From assembly GCA_951804945.1 (NCBI GenBank), contig OX638149.1:117056001-117120000 (forward strand): a DNA stretch of 64,000 bases. Reading direction: 5' to 3'. Source of the stretch: Podarcis cretensis (Eukaryota). Of this stretch, positions 50,160 through 62,793 are shown in pieces. A program made the position numbers and the translations under genes. The number at the start of each line of letters is the position of its first letter. Within the stretch, counting starts at the first letter, position 1. The notes below the pieces were generated by a model that made no database searches, had not been told where the DNA came from, and saw only the letters and a program-made list of their open reading frames with translations.

Positions 50160-50438
50160 AACCTCCCGTTTTTAGCAAGAAACCCAGCCCCATAGACACA
50201 CTCAAGGGCTCCGATGTCACCCTTCAGTGTGAAATAGCAGGCACGCCGCCATTCGAAGTCGTCTGGCTCAAGGACAGAAAGCAAGTCAGGAGCAGCAAGA
50301 AGTTCAAAGTGACAACCAAGAACTTCAGTGCCAGCGTCCACATTCTCAACCTCGAAGCGGCAGACCTTGGGGAATATCAGTGCAAAGCCACAAATGAGGT
50401 CGGAAGCGACACTTGCTCTTGTGCTGTGAAGTTCAAAG
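50160..50438 (+). CDS. TTN: TTN Ig exon 81 (279 nt)
   Basis: EPPVFSKKPSPIDTLKGSDVTLQCEIAG; AG/GT flanks. Confidence 0.93.
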
Positions 50439-50552
50439 GTTAGTAATGAGTGCGACTGCGGTGCAAAGTCTGCGGGCACGCTTTCCTTTGCCTTTCTTTT
50501 GCGGCTCCCTTGCCACCTTCCTCTTACCGTAAGGAATTCTCTTCCCTGCCAG

Positions 50553-50834
50553 AACCTCCTCGGTTTGTTAAGAAGCTGAGTGAAACCTCCACCTATGCCG
50601 GGGAACCCACAGCACTGCGGGCCGTAGTAGAAGGCTCCCAACCCATTTCCGTTGTTTGGCTTAAGGACAAAGGCGAAATAATACGGGAAAGCGAAAACCT
50701 CAAGATTTCCTTTTCGGATAACATCGCAACTCTTCAGATTGCAAGTGCCGAAGCCACCAACAGCGGGAAGTACATCTGCCAGATTAAAAATGATGCTGGA
50801 ATGAGAGAATGCGCAGGGCATTTACAAGTTCTAG
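50553..50834 (+). CDS. TTN: TTN Ig exon 82 (282 nt)
   Basis: EPPRFVKKLSETSTYAG; AG/GT flanks. Confidence 0.93.
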
Positions 50835-50961
50835 GTTGGTACAGGCACCCATCCCCTTCTAAAAATTGAATCTTGGCTGCCTTGGCCATTGCAGCTAATT
50901 TGCTTCTTAAGTCTTGGTTTTCTCGAAACTCAAGTTCTCTGGATTGTCTCCCTCATTCCAG

Positions 50962-51240
50962 AGCCGGCTGTGATTTTAGAGAAGCCCGAGCCCATGACGG
51001 TGACCTCTGGCAATGCTTTTACTCTGGAGTGCACGGTGGGTGGCACTCCAGAGCTAATTACCAAGTGGTTTAAGGACGGAAGAGAACTCACCAACAGCCG
51101 CAAGCACCAAATCAGCTTTTCCAACAAGGTGGCGACACTTAAAGTTCTCTCCGCAGACATGAATGACAGGGGATTGTACACTTTTGAAGTACACAATGAA
51201 GTGGGGAAAAGCAGCTGCACTTCCTCCGTCGACATTTCAG
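50962..51240 (+). CDS. TTN: TTN Ig exon 83 (279 nt)
   Basis: EPAVILEKPEPMTVTSG; AG/GT flanks. Confidence 0.93.
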
Positions 51241-51333
51241 GTTAGCTTGGGATCTTTTTCGTTTCTCACTAGCCCTTCTCTTCTGTTGTTTCTCCTCTTA
51301 AAAGTTGGCTCTTTGTTGCCTTTTCCTACCCAG

Positions 51334-51621
51334 ACCACGTCGTCCCTCCTTCTTTTATAAGAAGATTGAAAGAAACCTTTGGCGTGCAGGGCTCCTCGGT
51401 TGTTTTGGAGTGTAAAGTTGCCGGCTCCCTTCCTATTTCAGTCACTTGGTTTTATGGAGGAAATGAAATTTTCCCAGGGGACAAATACGAAACCGGCTTT
51501 TCAGATAATGTCTGTGCTTTGAAGGTGAATGCTCTGGACTCGTCTGATACAGGTCCCTACACCTGTGCTGCCCAGAATGTAGCCGGTTCTGACGAATGCA
51601 GTGCCTTTTTGACAGTGCAAG
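51334..51621 (+). CDS. TTN: TTN Ig exon 84 (288 nt)
   Basis: DHVVPPSFIRRLKETFG; AG/GT flanks. Confidence 0.93.
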
Positions 51622-51761
51622 GTCAGTAAAGGATAGACAAGGCATCCGTTGCAAATCTTTCCCGTGCGTGTTTATCTTGCTTTCTTGACAACCTGTTTTA
51701 TACAGATGTTAGCTACCTGGCACATTTGCGTTAACTTTTTAAATGTTGTGTGTAATTCTAG

Positions 51762-52040
51762 AACCACCCTCTTTTGCAAAGACGCCAGACCCGCTGGAGG
51801 TTTTACCTGGAATGAGTGTAACGTTCAGGAGTCTGATTAGGGGAACTCCTCCATTCAAAGTGAACTGGTTTAAGGGGAGTAGAGAACTGGTGCCAGGGAA
51901 AACGTGCAACATCACCTTGGCAGATTCATCTGCGGAGCTGGAATTGTTCGAAGTGGGACCACTCCAGACCGGAGATTACACCTGCCTTGCCACAAACGAT
52001 GCTGGCAGTGCTTCTTGCACCACACATCTTTTTGTAAAAG
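51762..52040 (+). CDS. TTN: TTN Ig exon 85 (279 nt)
   Basis: EPPSFAKTPDPLEVLPG; AG/GT flanks. Confidence 0.93.
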
Positions 52041-52183
52041 GTTTGTCCAAATGCTATTATTATGGCATGTACACATGTTAAGTGTGCGTGCACGTCTGTG
52101 TGATATACACACACACACACATAGAGAGACACCCATTTTGCAGCTCTTGGTTTAACCACTTCTTTCATATGACTTTATCTTAG

Positions 52184-52462
52184 AGCCTGCTGTGTTTGTG
52201 AAGAAGCTGAGCGATTTCAGCGTAGAACATGGGAAATCCATAATTCTAGAAAGCACATTCAGCGGAACTCCTCCACTCACAGTAACGTGGAAGAAGAACG
52301 GCTTAAACATCACACAGTCTCCAAAATGCAATATAACCACCACAGAAAAATCAGGCATTCTGGAAATTCTTAATAGTTCTACAGAAGATGAAGGAGAATA
52401 TATCTGTGAAGTTGCAAATGATGCTGGGGAGGATGTATGTCACGCCCTGGTATCAATCATAG
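52184..52462 (+). CDS. TTN: TTN Ig exon 86 (279 nt)
   Basis: EPAVFVKKLSDFSVEHG; AG/GT flanks. Confidence 0.93.
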
Positions 52463-52481
52463 GTGTGTTGCTGTCTTAATA

Positions 52482-52783
52482 CAGTGGTGCCTCGCAAGAC
52501 GAAAAGAATCCGTTCCGCAAGTCTCTTCGTCTTGCGGTTTTTTCGTCTTGCGAAGCAACCCTATTAGCAGCTTAGCGGATTAGCGCTATTAGCGGCTTAG
52601 CGGCGCTTAGCGGCTTAGAAAAAGGGGGGGAGTGAAAAAACTCGCAAGACTTGCAAGACGAAAACGTCTTGTGAAGCAAGCCCATAGGGAAATTCGTCTT
52701 GTGAAGCGCCTCGAAAAGCGGAAAACCCTTTCGTCTAGCGGGTTTTTCGTCTTGCGAGGCATTCGTCTTGCGGGGCACCACTG
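52482..52783. mobile_element. Non-autonomous Tc1/mariner-type MITE, copy 2
   Basis: TA|CAGTGGTGCCTCGCAAGACGAA ... TTCGTCTTGCGGGGCACCACTG|TA. Confidence 0.9.
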
Positions 52784-52871
52784 TAGTTGGTTAACCATTC
52801 TTGTACTAATTGCCATCTTCTGATGTGCTTAGATTGACTGTGGGTATTGACTATGATTATTTCTGCTGCAG

Positions 52872-53150
52872 AACCACCTCATTTTGTTAAGCACTTGGAT
52901 CACTTGGAGGTGACCATCGGAGAGCCTGCAACTTTACAGTGCCAAGTGGCTGGAACACCGGAAATTAAAGTGTCATGGTACAAAGGAGATACCAAACTAA
53001 GATCTACGCAGGCTTATAAAATGCACTTCAAGAACAATGTGGCTTCACTCGCCTTCAGCCGGGTAGAGAACGCTGACATTGGCGAATACACCTGCAAAGC
53101 AGAAAACAGCGTTGGGTTTGCTACTTCAATGACAACAATCACCATCAAAG
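52872..53150 (+). CDS. TTN: TTN Ig exon 87 (279 nt)
   Basis: [17 protein letters not shown]; AG/GT flanks. Confidence 0.93.
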
Positions 53151-53587
53151 GTGATGGCTCTTTTTAAAATAATTGACCCTTGTCATATTACACACAACGT
53201 TTGTGTGTAATATGCTGAAGTGTGTGACCCACTTGAATCACAGGCATGGTGACGGGGCTCTCAGCATGTCCACAAGCTGCTTTGCTGAGCTGTAAGGAGA
53301 CTGAGATATCTCTGAGTTCTTTCTGTGTCTCTGTGCAGCCTTCCTTCCTTTCTCCAAACCCTGCAAATTACTGAACTTGCATGAGTTCAAAAGGGATGTC
53401 TGGATGAGGGTATGGGAGGCACACACAGACCTCCTATTCCCTATGTGTGCCCATATGGGTAGGGGGCATGAGGGCTTAGGAACAGAGAACATGGCTCTGT
53501 TTATTTTTATTGGAATACTGGCCCAGGTATTCTTTTTAGTCTTCTTGCATGGCCAGTTATCATACCCTGCAATTTATTTTTTTGCAG

Positions 53588-53875
53588 ATGTTAAACTTCC
53601 TCCTTCATTCACGAGAAAACTGAAAGACGTGCAGGAGACTCTTGGTTCTCCTATAGCCTTTGACTGCCGCATTGTTGGCTCTGAGCCACTTGAAGTGTCT
53701 TGGTCAAAGGATGGGGTGCAGCTGAGAGATGACGACAACATTCAAACCACCTTCTTAAGCAATATAGCGACGCTTCAGATCTTGCAAACCTCCATGGCTC
53801 ACGCTGGCCAGTACACTTGCACAGCTCACAATGCTCTTGGGACTGCTTCTTCCAGTGCCAAGCTCCTACTCACAG
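53588..53875 (+). CDS. TTN: TTN Ig exon 88 (288 nt)
   Basis: [17 protein letters not shown]; AG/GT flanks. Confidence 0.93.
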
Positions 53876-54038
53876 GTTTGTAAACAACTGAGTCCGAAGT
53901 TGTTGCATGCTGGTTCAGTTTTGAAGAACGTGAACGAGTCACAGGGCCGTAACAACAGACTAAGAGTTTGCTGTTTGAAGGGAAGGCAATACGTCCTGCC
54001 ATGCCTTTTCACTTTTTGATTTTCTTTCTTTTCCTTAG

Positions 54039-54326
54039 AACACCTGAAACCACCATTCTTTGATGTGAAGCCTTTGCCCCTTGACGTTGCTCTTGGGGAA
54101 AGTGGTTCTTTCAAGTGTCATGTCACAGGTTCAGTGCCAATGAAAGTCAGCTGGGCAAAAGATAACCGTGAGATCCGCCCTGGTGGCAATTACAAGATTA
54201 CACTGGTAGAAAACACTGCCACACTGACCATTCTTAAAGTAGGCAAAGGTGATGGTGGACTGTATACTTGTTATGCAAGCAACAGTGCTGGGAAGGATTC
54301 TTGTGGGGCTCAGCTGAGTTTCAAAG
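54039..54326 (+). CDS. TTN: TTN Ig exon 89 (288 nt)
   Basis: EHLKPPFFDVKPLPLDV; AG/GT flanks. Confidence 0.93.
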
Positions 54327-54351
54327 GTAATTTGATGGAAAGTGCTGTCAT

Positions 54352-54399
54352 TTCTTCTTCTTCTTCTTCTTCTTCTTCTTCTTCTTCTTCTTCTTCTTC
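54352..54399. repeat. (TTC)16 microsatellite
   Basis: Direct reading. Confidence 0.95.
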
Positions 54400-56272
54400 T
54401 CCTCCCCCCCCCCATTTTGTAAAAATAAAGACATGTTTGAATCTTCCAGCTAAAATGGGCACAAGCGGGTGGCATTCTGTATCTAGAGTAGCAGCTGATA
54501 AAAATCTTCTTGAAGTTATTTTCTTGAGCATATTAATACCACACCAGGGTTTTCGTTTATTGCTTACAAGCCTGTTTAAAATTAGCAGCCTGTGGAAATT
54601 TATTAGGCCGTAAACAGGCTGAACATAGACTCTCCTTTTAATATGTGACACTTGAGTTGTGGTATCATGTTTTCCACTGAAGTGCGATTAAGCTGGGAAA
54701 TCTGTGATCCAGAATAAGAAAAAAGACTTGGTGTTTATTTGTGCGATAAGAAAATACAGTGTTGTATCCAGTCTTCTCTCTCCATTGATAGAAGGCTCTT
54801 GGATCCACTGGAGGCTTCCATCAGTGGAACAGGGAGGGAGGTGACGTCAAGAAATTCTCCCTCCCCACAACCTCTCATACCACCTTTCACTATGTTTCAA
54901 AGGATCCCCCAACCCTCTGGAACACTTTTGATGGGTGCCTGGGGCTGCTGATGGGAGGAGAAATTGCAAACATTTCCTTCTCATTCTTCCAATGGAATCT
55001 TCCACTCAATCAGTCCAGTGGAGGGACACCACTGGATTGCAACCCATGCAGCCATTATTTAAATGGGCAAGAGTGTTATGAGCTTCCATAACTTTAACTG
55101 GACATAGACAAGCTTTAGGGAAAACTTCAGGCCGGATCTGAAATCATATTACATAGAGAAATCAGCCTTCAGATATTGCACGTTTAGAAGGAATCTGAGT
55201 GGCTATTGATGTAAACAACTCCTGCTGAGTTGTTTCTATCAAGGCCCTTGGCATTGTATGAATAGCTTTCCCCAGCATGATAATGCAACAATAGGGGAAG
55301 CTTTACCTGCTGAATACCCTCCTAATGCACAGTTGCCAAAGGCACAAAATCACTGCTCCCCTGCCTAATCTCAGAATACTAGGCTAGATTTAGAAGTAAG
55401 CCCCATTCTGCAGAGAATGTGTATGGAAGGCATGTTCAGCCAGGTCCACTGCATTTCCCTAGCCTGGTACAGTGCAGTAGTGATGGTAGATGTCAATTCC
55501 TGGCTGTCTCCATGCATTCTAGGAGGAACGCAAGGATGGAAGAGGAGCAAAATGTTGCTGGGGTAGTCAGCAATATTGACAGCCTCCTTCTTAAAGTTGG
55601 AAGGGAGGCTCAAGCAAATAGATCACAGTGTGGGTTACTAACTCTGGATAAAGTATTTGCAATGGTATGTGCACAAGAGTTCTGCTGGATCAGATCAAAA
55701 GGTTCTCTAGTCCAGCATCGTCTTTCCCACAGTGGCCAATCAGATGTCTCTGGGAATTCCATAAACAGGAGATGAGGGCAATAGCTCTCTCCCACTGTTT
55801 CCCTCCAGCCATTTCTATTTGGAGGCTTGCTGCCTCTGATCTGATCCTGGAGGTAGCCTACAGCCATCATGACTTCCATCCATTGAGAGCCTAATCCTCT
55901 GTGGTTATATTTATCAGTTGTATTTCTCCTTTTTTGTCTTAGTGTAGTGTTGCATATAATGGAGATAATTCTAATTTTACAAGGAGGGACTGATAGAATC
56001 CCCTGTGCTTCCATGTGTTCTTCTCCAGTCCAGTCTTTTTATCATACCACCACCATGAAATAGACTTCTGAGGCAGATGTGGTTTGAACTGTTCTTGAGT
56101 GCTCTATGACTTGACTTGTAAGGGATCAGTTTGCCTCCGTAGATTGACCGTAAACTCTTTGCCAGTACACTTTGATAGCTAATATAGATGACACACATTC
56201 CTGAGATCTTGCAAAATTAACACAAGCAATTTTATGTATTCATTTCCTTTCCTTGTTGTTGTTTTTTAATAG

Positions 56273-56554
56273 AGCCACCAAGGTTTATTAAGAAGTTAGA
56301 CTCCTCCAGGGTTGTGAAAGAGCACGATTCGACTAGATTTGAATGCAGAATAGGTGGCTCTCCAGAAATTAACATTGTGTGGTACAAGGGTGAAACTCAA
56401 ATTCATCCCAGTGACAAATTCAGCATGTCATTCATCGATTCTGTGGCAGTCATTGAAATGCACGGTCTGAGTGTTGAAGACAGTGGAGACTACACTTGCG
56501 AAGCCCAAAATGCAGCGGGTAGTGCGAACAGCAGTACTTCACTGAAAGTGAAAG
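56273..56554 (+). CDS. TTN: TTN Ig exon 90 (282 nt)
   Basis: EPPRFIKKLDSSRVVKEH; AG/GT flanks. Confidence 0.93.
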
Positions 56555-56815
56555 GTCAGAACCTGCTCTTCCTTTGCTTTCTCTACCCTTCCTGTTGTAG
56601 AAGGTTGCTAGGGCTTGCCGTCTCCTACTAAGCAAGCCAATATTGGTTTCCATTAAAGGCCACTAGTAGGCCCCTTTATTTGGAATGGGAAATTTCCTTT
56701 GCATGTCTCTTCTCTCCCATTTCATTGCAATCCTTCATTCTTAATGGTGTGCTCTCTGTTCTTTCAAACGTTGCTCCTTTGCATTTAACAGAAATCCAAA
56801 CCTCCTCTTTTGTAG

Positions 56816-57094
56816 CTCCTCCTGTTTTCCGCAAGAAACCACGGCCAGTAGAGGCTCTGAAAGGTTTCGATGTTCACCTTGAATGTGAGCTTCAAGGCAC
56901 TCCTCCCTTCCATGTTTCATGGTACAAAGATAAAAGAGAAATAAGAAGCAGCAAAAAGTACAAGATTTTGTCTGAGAATTACCTTGCTAGCATTCACATT
57001 CTCAACGTTGATGCGGCAGACGTTGGGGAATATCACTGTAAAGCTGTCAATGATGTGGGAAGTGACACTTGCATCTGCTCTGTGATGCTGAAAG
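56816..57094 (+). CDS. TTN: TTN Ig exon 91 (279 nt)
   Basis: APPVFRKKPRPVEALKG; AG/GT flanks. Confidence 0.9.
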
Positions 57095-57197
57095 GTTGGT
57101 AAAAGACTTTCCATTGCCATGTTTTCCCCGGCCGCTCCAGGTTTTTAAAATCTCACTCTCTTTTCCATCACTTACATATTTTCCACCTCTTGATCAG

Positions 57198-57479
57198 GAC
57201 CCCCAAGGTTTGTGAAGAAACTTAATGATACCACTGCCGTTGTTGGGGATCCAGCAGAACTGCAAGCTACGGTAGAAGGTTCTGAGCCAATTTCTGTTGT
57301 TTGGATGAAAGACAAAGGTGAAATCATCAGAGAAAGTGAAAATGTCTGGATGTCATATTCCGATAAAGTTGCCATCCTTCAGGTTGTAAATGCAGAACCA
57401 AGCAACACTGGGAAATATACCTGCCAGATTAAAAACGATGCCGGAAGTCAGGAGTGTTTTGCTACTTTATCAGTTCTAG
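57198..57479 (+). CDS. TTN: TTN Ig exon 92 (282 nt)
   Basis: GPPRFVKKLNDTTAVVG; AG/GT flanks. Confidence 0.92.
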
Positions 57480-57588
57480 GTTGGTATAGAGTAAAAACAA
57501 CAACAACACAAAAGCATGCTGAAGAATAAATATTTTAACATATTAACATCTTATTTACAAATGTGACTCGTTTTGCATCTTATTCCAG

Positions 57589-57867
57589 AGCCAGCATCTA
57601 TAGTGGAGAAACCAGGACCAATGAAAGTCACAACTGGAGATTCTTGTACTTTGGAGTGTACAGTAGCTGGGACACCAGAGCTGACTGCTCGGTGGTTCAA
57701 GAACGGACATGAGCTCTCTTCCAACCACAAATACAAAATCACTTTCTTCAACAAAGTAGCTGGGCTTAAGATTCTGAATACAGGAGTAGAGGACAGTGGA
57801 GAATATACATTTGAGGTGAAAAACAATGTAGGCCAAAGCAGTTGCAAAGCATCAGTCCAGGTTTCAG
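57589..57867 (+). CDS. TTN: TTN Ig exon 93 (279 nt)
   Basis: EPASIVEKPGPMKVTTG; AG/GT flanks. Confidence 0.93.
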
Positions 57868-58354
57868 GTTAGTTGAATGACTTGGGAATATGCCATCTGC
57901 GTCTTGATATATGGACTTATCTAATTCAGTGATTTCATATACTGCTTAACCACTGAAATTTCCAAGTGCTGTATGATCAAACCAGACAGCGGATAAAATA
58001 AATTTAAGTGAATGATTAAAGATGGAAAGCTTCCTTAAAATGCCTACTGAAATAAGAAGGTCTTCAAAAAGTGCCTGATGTTGAACAGAGAGCGGGCTGC
58101 TCTAATGTTGGCTAGGAGAGAGTTCCACATAATTGGGTCCACAATACTGGATGTGGAGACAAGGAGAAGCCATGGACATGTCTCTAAAATGAAGAGAGTG
58201 CATATGTCTGCTTTCAAGATCCATCTCAAACTTCTTATGCCAATAAATAGTTTAATTATTGTTAAGCCCTTGGGAATCTATTACTTTTTTAACTAAATAA
58301 AAAAGCCTGTGAAGACAAGCCATAACGTTTCTACCTTGCCTTTGTGCTCCACAG

Positions 58355-58642
58355 ATCGCATTATACCACCTTCATTCACAAAGAAGCTGAAGGAAACACA
58401 TGGGCTCTTGGGTTCATCTGCTGTACTTGAGTGCAAAGTAATTGGGTCACCTCCCATTTCTGTCTTTTGGTTCCATGATGGAGAAGAGATCACTAGTGGA
58501 GAAAAGTATCAAGCAACTCTTACAGATAACACTTGCTCTTTAAGAGTGAATGCTGTTCAAGAGTCAGATGCTGGAAATTACATTTGCACAGCAACTAATG
58601 TAGCTGGATCTGATGAATGTGATGCATATTTCATTGTCAGAG
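58355..58642 (+). CDS. TTN: TTN Ig exon 94 (288 nt)
   Basis: DRIIPPSFTKKLKETHG; AG/GT flanks. Confidence 0.93.
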
Positions 58643-58803
58643 GTAAATACTGAAACTTGGGTAGATAATAAGAACCGGATATCAGTTTTTTAAAAAAACA
58701 AAACAAAACCATGTTCCTTATATTCTTTATATCTTTTGTAAATGCAGCTGCTTGCCTTTCAACCATAACTATGTTTCATTAACCTCTTTTTACGTATGTC
58801 TAG

Positions 58804-59082
58804 AACCTCCATCTTTTGTGAAGAAACCAGAACCTCTGCAAGTTTTATCTGGGGCAAATATAACTTTCACAAGTATCATTAAAGGAAGCCTTCCCCTTGA
58901 TGTGAAATGGTTTAGGGGTAGCGTTGAACTATCCCCAGGACATAGATGTAACATCTCTCTGGAAGAATCAGTGGCTGAACTGGAGCTGTTTGATGTACTC
59001 CCAGCCCAAAGTGGAGACTATACTTGCATTGTTAGTAACGAAGCTGGCAAAATCTCTTGCACAACCCAACTCTTTGTAAAAG
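58804..59082 (+). CDS. TTN: TTN Ig exon 95 (279 nt)
   Basis: EPPSFVKKPEPLQVLSG; AG/GT flanks. Confidence 0.93.
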
Positions 59083-59180
59083 GTTTGTTCTTTGTTTCAG
59101 CTTCCTTTGTTTACACTGGAACAAAATCCCAAATCTCAGGCAATTATCTTAAACGTTTGCTCTCATGTTATTTCTGATAG

Positions 59181-59459
59181 AACCAGCGAAATTTGTGAAG
59201 AAACTGAATGACTTTAATGTTGAGAAAGGAAAGCAATTAATCCTGGAATGTACATATACTGGGACACCTCCTATTGCAGTGTCCTGGAGGAAAAATGCTA
59301 TAAATATAGCACAGTCAGAAAAATACAGTATCACCACTACTGAAACATCTGCCATACTTGAGATCTCTAGTAGCAAACTGGACGATGCTGGGCTGTATTC
59401 TTGCCATATAGAAAATGACTCAGGACAAGATAATTCACAGTCTACGGTCTCAATACTAG
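59181..59459 (+). CDS. TTN: TTN Ig exon 96 (279 nt)
   Basis: EPAKFVKKLNDFNVEKG; AG/GT flanks. Confidence 0.93.
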
Positions 59460-59573
59460 GTTTGTAGATTGTTTTAAAAGTGACCGCCCTTTTTATCATT
59501 AACTTTATGGTTGTTGTGACGTGTGGAAGGGTTTGACTGGTTTTGTAACTGAGTCTGTGTGCTTATTCTCTAG

Positions 59574-59852
59574 AACCACCTTATTTTGTCAGAAGCCTGG
59601 AACCTACTCAGGTGACAGTAGGGGATTCTGCATCATTGCAGTGCCAAATTGCGGGCACACCAGAAATCACTGTGTCGTGGTACAAAGGAGACACCAAACT
59701 GAGAGCAACTGCTACCTCTAAAATGCACTTTAAAAACCAAGTTGCCACGCTGGTGTTCACTCAGCTGGGTAGCAACGATGGTGGAGAGTATATTTGCAAA
59801 GCAGAAAATAGTATTGGAGAAGCTTCCTGTTCAGCACTGCTCTCTGTTCAAG
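59574..59852 (+). CDS. TTN: TTN Ig exon 97 (279 nt)
   Basis: [17 protein letters not shown]; AG/GT flanks. Confidence 0.93.
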
Positions 59853-61038
59853 GTGAATATGGCAATATGCTTTTGAAAGCCCCAGGGACAATGATTTATT
59901 GCTCTTTTAAAATGTGCCCGTGCGTCAGGACAGGAATTGTATTCTATGCCGTGACCCCGGACTTCCTTATTCTTGTGCCTTCACGGTGGTGTGTGCTCAT
60001 GATGGTGTTGCAGCAGTGATCTGGCTTTCAAAACTGCTTGTGCCCACAAAGTTTTGACAGTGGACATGCTGCTTCTTTCCAATCCATGCACATCCCATGG
60101 GTCCTGCTAAAATCCTGTAACTTTTCATGCCACACGTTTCATGTAGCATAGGGGGTTTTGTCCCACTTTTGCAGTGCTGTGGTGCAAGAGTGTCTCTCCA
60201 GGTTATCAATGAGGGAGTAACACACTGGAGAAGCATGGCATGGCCGGTAATAATGACCGCTCCCCACATAAAACAGGGGGCGCCCTTTGCGTGGACGTGC
60301 GCAGCCCCTGGATCTGGAGCGGCTCCATTAGCATAGGCTTGGCTTTGCATTCCCTCAGGTGGGATACCTGGAGGTTTCTGCCTAACCCAGTCAGTTGTCC
60401 AATCCCACCTGGGGGAAGCGTTGCCAAGGAGATCAGGCCAGGTAGGGGAGGGATTACCTGCCCACACAATAATATGGAATAATGTGTGGACAGTTTAAAT
60501 CCATCACTATTGCACTATTATTGCATCGATGGCATGGTGCAGAATATATCTGCCCAAGATCCCCATGTTTCTACCTGTTCTTTATTCCTCAACAGCAAGT
60601 TTCCATAGATTTAATATAAACAAGTTATGATGCTTCATTATAGAACCATCTGTGCCATGGACCTGACTAGAACTTCTCTATGCCATAACTTCGTTCCTGC
60701 CCACAGGATTCAATCTTTCTGTTCTTGCTAATGGTGAATTATCAAACATCGGCTAATCTTTAAAAACGAATTCCATCTTCTATGCCATTCACTGTTTATC
60801 AGTAATGTTTGAAAAAAAGACAATGACTCCTGTTCAACTTTAGCAGCCAATTAAGCTAATTCTCACTTATTTTAATGGGATTTAGGCATCACTGCCTTTA
60901 GCTAGATTGGGGACATATGTTGCTACAAATGTGCATACTATTTACCTCTATGAAAAATCTTAAGCAATGGAAATATAGTACAACAACTGAAACATTTGGT
61001 CAACAACACTCCAATGTACAATATTTGTTCCCTTGCAG

Positions 61039-61326
61039 AGCTTAAACTTCCTCCTTCATTTTCCCGGAAATTAAGAGATATTCACGAAACTGTTGGATTA
61101 CCAATTACATTTGATTGTGGCATTACTGGTTCTGAACCCATTGAAGTAACCTGGTATAAAGATGGCGCACAAATAAGAGATGGCTATAATGTGCAAACGT
61201 CATACTTAAACAACGTTGCAACTCTGCAGATCTCGCAAACTGACATGAGTCTTGCCGGACAATATACTTGCACAGCTTCCAATGCTATTGGAACTGCTTC
61301 TTCTAGCGCCAAACTCATACTTACAG
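61039..61326 (+). CDS. TTN: TTN Ig exon 98 (288 nt)
   Basis: [17 protein letters not shown]; AG/GT flanks. Confidence 0.93.
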
Positions 61327-61544
61327 GTTTGTCAACTGTCAAATGTACTTTTCTTTGATGTCATCAATGGGATGTTTCTATGGCACATCCCCACTTACGT
61401 GCCTATTCTAAAAGATGCATATTCTGTGACCCTGGGACCTGGGCCTCTTCCTGTAATTACCATGTGTTTCTTTCTTAACAACGTAACTCATCTGGATTAA
61501 CATGTGCAAAGTTACACCTTATTTTTACTTCTTCCAATCTTTAG

Positions 61545-61832
61545 AAGGGAAGACTCCTCCGTTCTTTGACATCCCAGTTGCACCTGTTGACGCCGTTGCT
61601 GGTGATGGTGCTGACTTTGAATGCCACATTTCTGGAACACGCCCAATAAAGGTTACTTGGTCAAAGGATAACCGAGAACTGCGAACTGGAGGGAACTACC
61701 AGATCAGCTATGTGGAAAATATAGCCCATTTGACAATTCTGAAAGTTGGCAAAGGGGATTCTGGAAAATATACGTGTCATGCTAGCAACGAAGTTGGAAA
61801 GGACTCTTGCACAGCGCAACTTAATATTAAAG
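61545..61832 (+). CDS. TTN: TTN Ig exon 99 (288 nt)
   Basis: EGKTPPFFDIPVAPVDA; AG/GT flanks. Confidence 0.93.
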
Positions 61833-62502
61833 GTACTGGGTGCTTAATCTGTACCAGCTTCCATTATATCATATTGGCTTCTCTCTAAAGAACAGTCAGC
61901 AGATTTTCACATGTGGGAAGGGTTTTGTTTTTGTTTACTTCTCCCCGCATCTTCCAAAAAGTCACATTTGAATTTCAGAGGATGACCTGTAATAGTGTGT
62001 GATGCAGTGCAGGAGGTGTCCGTACCTGGCATTGGAATCGACAAACTCTGGAGACCCCTTGCATGAGTGCCTTCCACTTGTCTAGGAGGTCTCAGAGTTC
62101 AAGCTACAATGACAATGTGATGCTTTGGAAAACATCACAACATCTGTATTTTGACAAGACATACTGGAGGAAACTGAAAATACGCATTTAAGAGTGTTCA
62201 GGTGGTAGCCCATGGCATGTGAGCAGATTTCCATTTGTCCATTGGGACTTCCCCTTCCTCTACTTCCCCATGCAGTCCCATGAACTCCCACAAATATGTT
62301 CTTGGGGGGCAGTCAATCCTCTGGAGCAGATTTGTGGGAGCACTTTTGGTCTTCGGGGGGAACCGAGAAGAATGGGAAGTCTCATCATGCAAGTGCAAGT
62401 TTGTTCTTCTGGATGTGAGCCACTGATGGTAAACGGGGAAATCTAGGAGAATAGAAGACAGTTGTTCGGAGGGTGACAAAGATTTTTCTTCTTTTCTGAC
62501 AG

Positions 62503-62793
62503 AACGACAAACTCCACCTTCCTTCACCAAAAAGCTGTCAGAAACTGTAGAAGAGACAGAAGGGAACACATTTAAACTTGAGGGCCGTGTTTCTGGCTCC
62601 CAGCCTTTGACTGTTGCCTGGTACAAGAATAACCAGGAGATTTATGAAAGCCCTAATTGCGAAATATCATTCAAGAACAACACTCTTCTCCTTGAAATTA
62701 AGAAATCAGGACAAGCTGATGCAGGTTTATATACCTGCAAAGTGTCCAATGAGGCTGGGAGTGCACTCTGTACTTCTTCTGTGGTGATTAAAG
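62503..62793 (+). CDS. TTN: TTN Ig exon 100 (291 nt)
   Basis: ERQTPPSFTKKLSETVEETEG; AG/GT flanks. Confidence 0.93.

Larger units (their letters stand above)
41672..61832 (+). repeat. Three 10-Ig super-repeats (exons 70-79, 80-89, 90-99)
   Basis: Size pattern 282-279-282-279-288-279-279-279-288-288 repeated three times with strong positional peptide similarity. Confidence 0.92.

Noticed and set aside
50018-50821. 267-aa minus-strand ORF and other antisense ORFs over exons
   Set aside because: Shadows of Ig exons and Novex-3/N2B codon bias; no recognisable protein features
54310-54651. Poly-E/poly-R/poly-S ORFs
   Set aside because: Translations of the intronic TTC microsatellite
59997-60482. 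GC-rich overlapping ORFs in intron 97
   Set aside because: No Ig signature or convincing splice sites; looks like a degraded interspersed repeat
32836-61832. Lineage-specific gain or loss of tandem Ig exons
   Set aside because: Count and size pattern (3x6 + 3x10) match the known mammalian arrangement as I recall it
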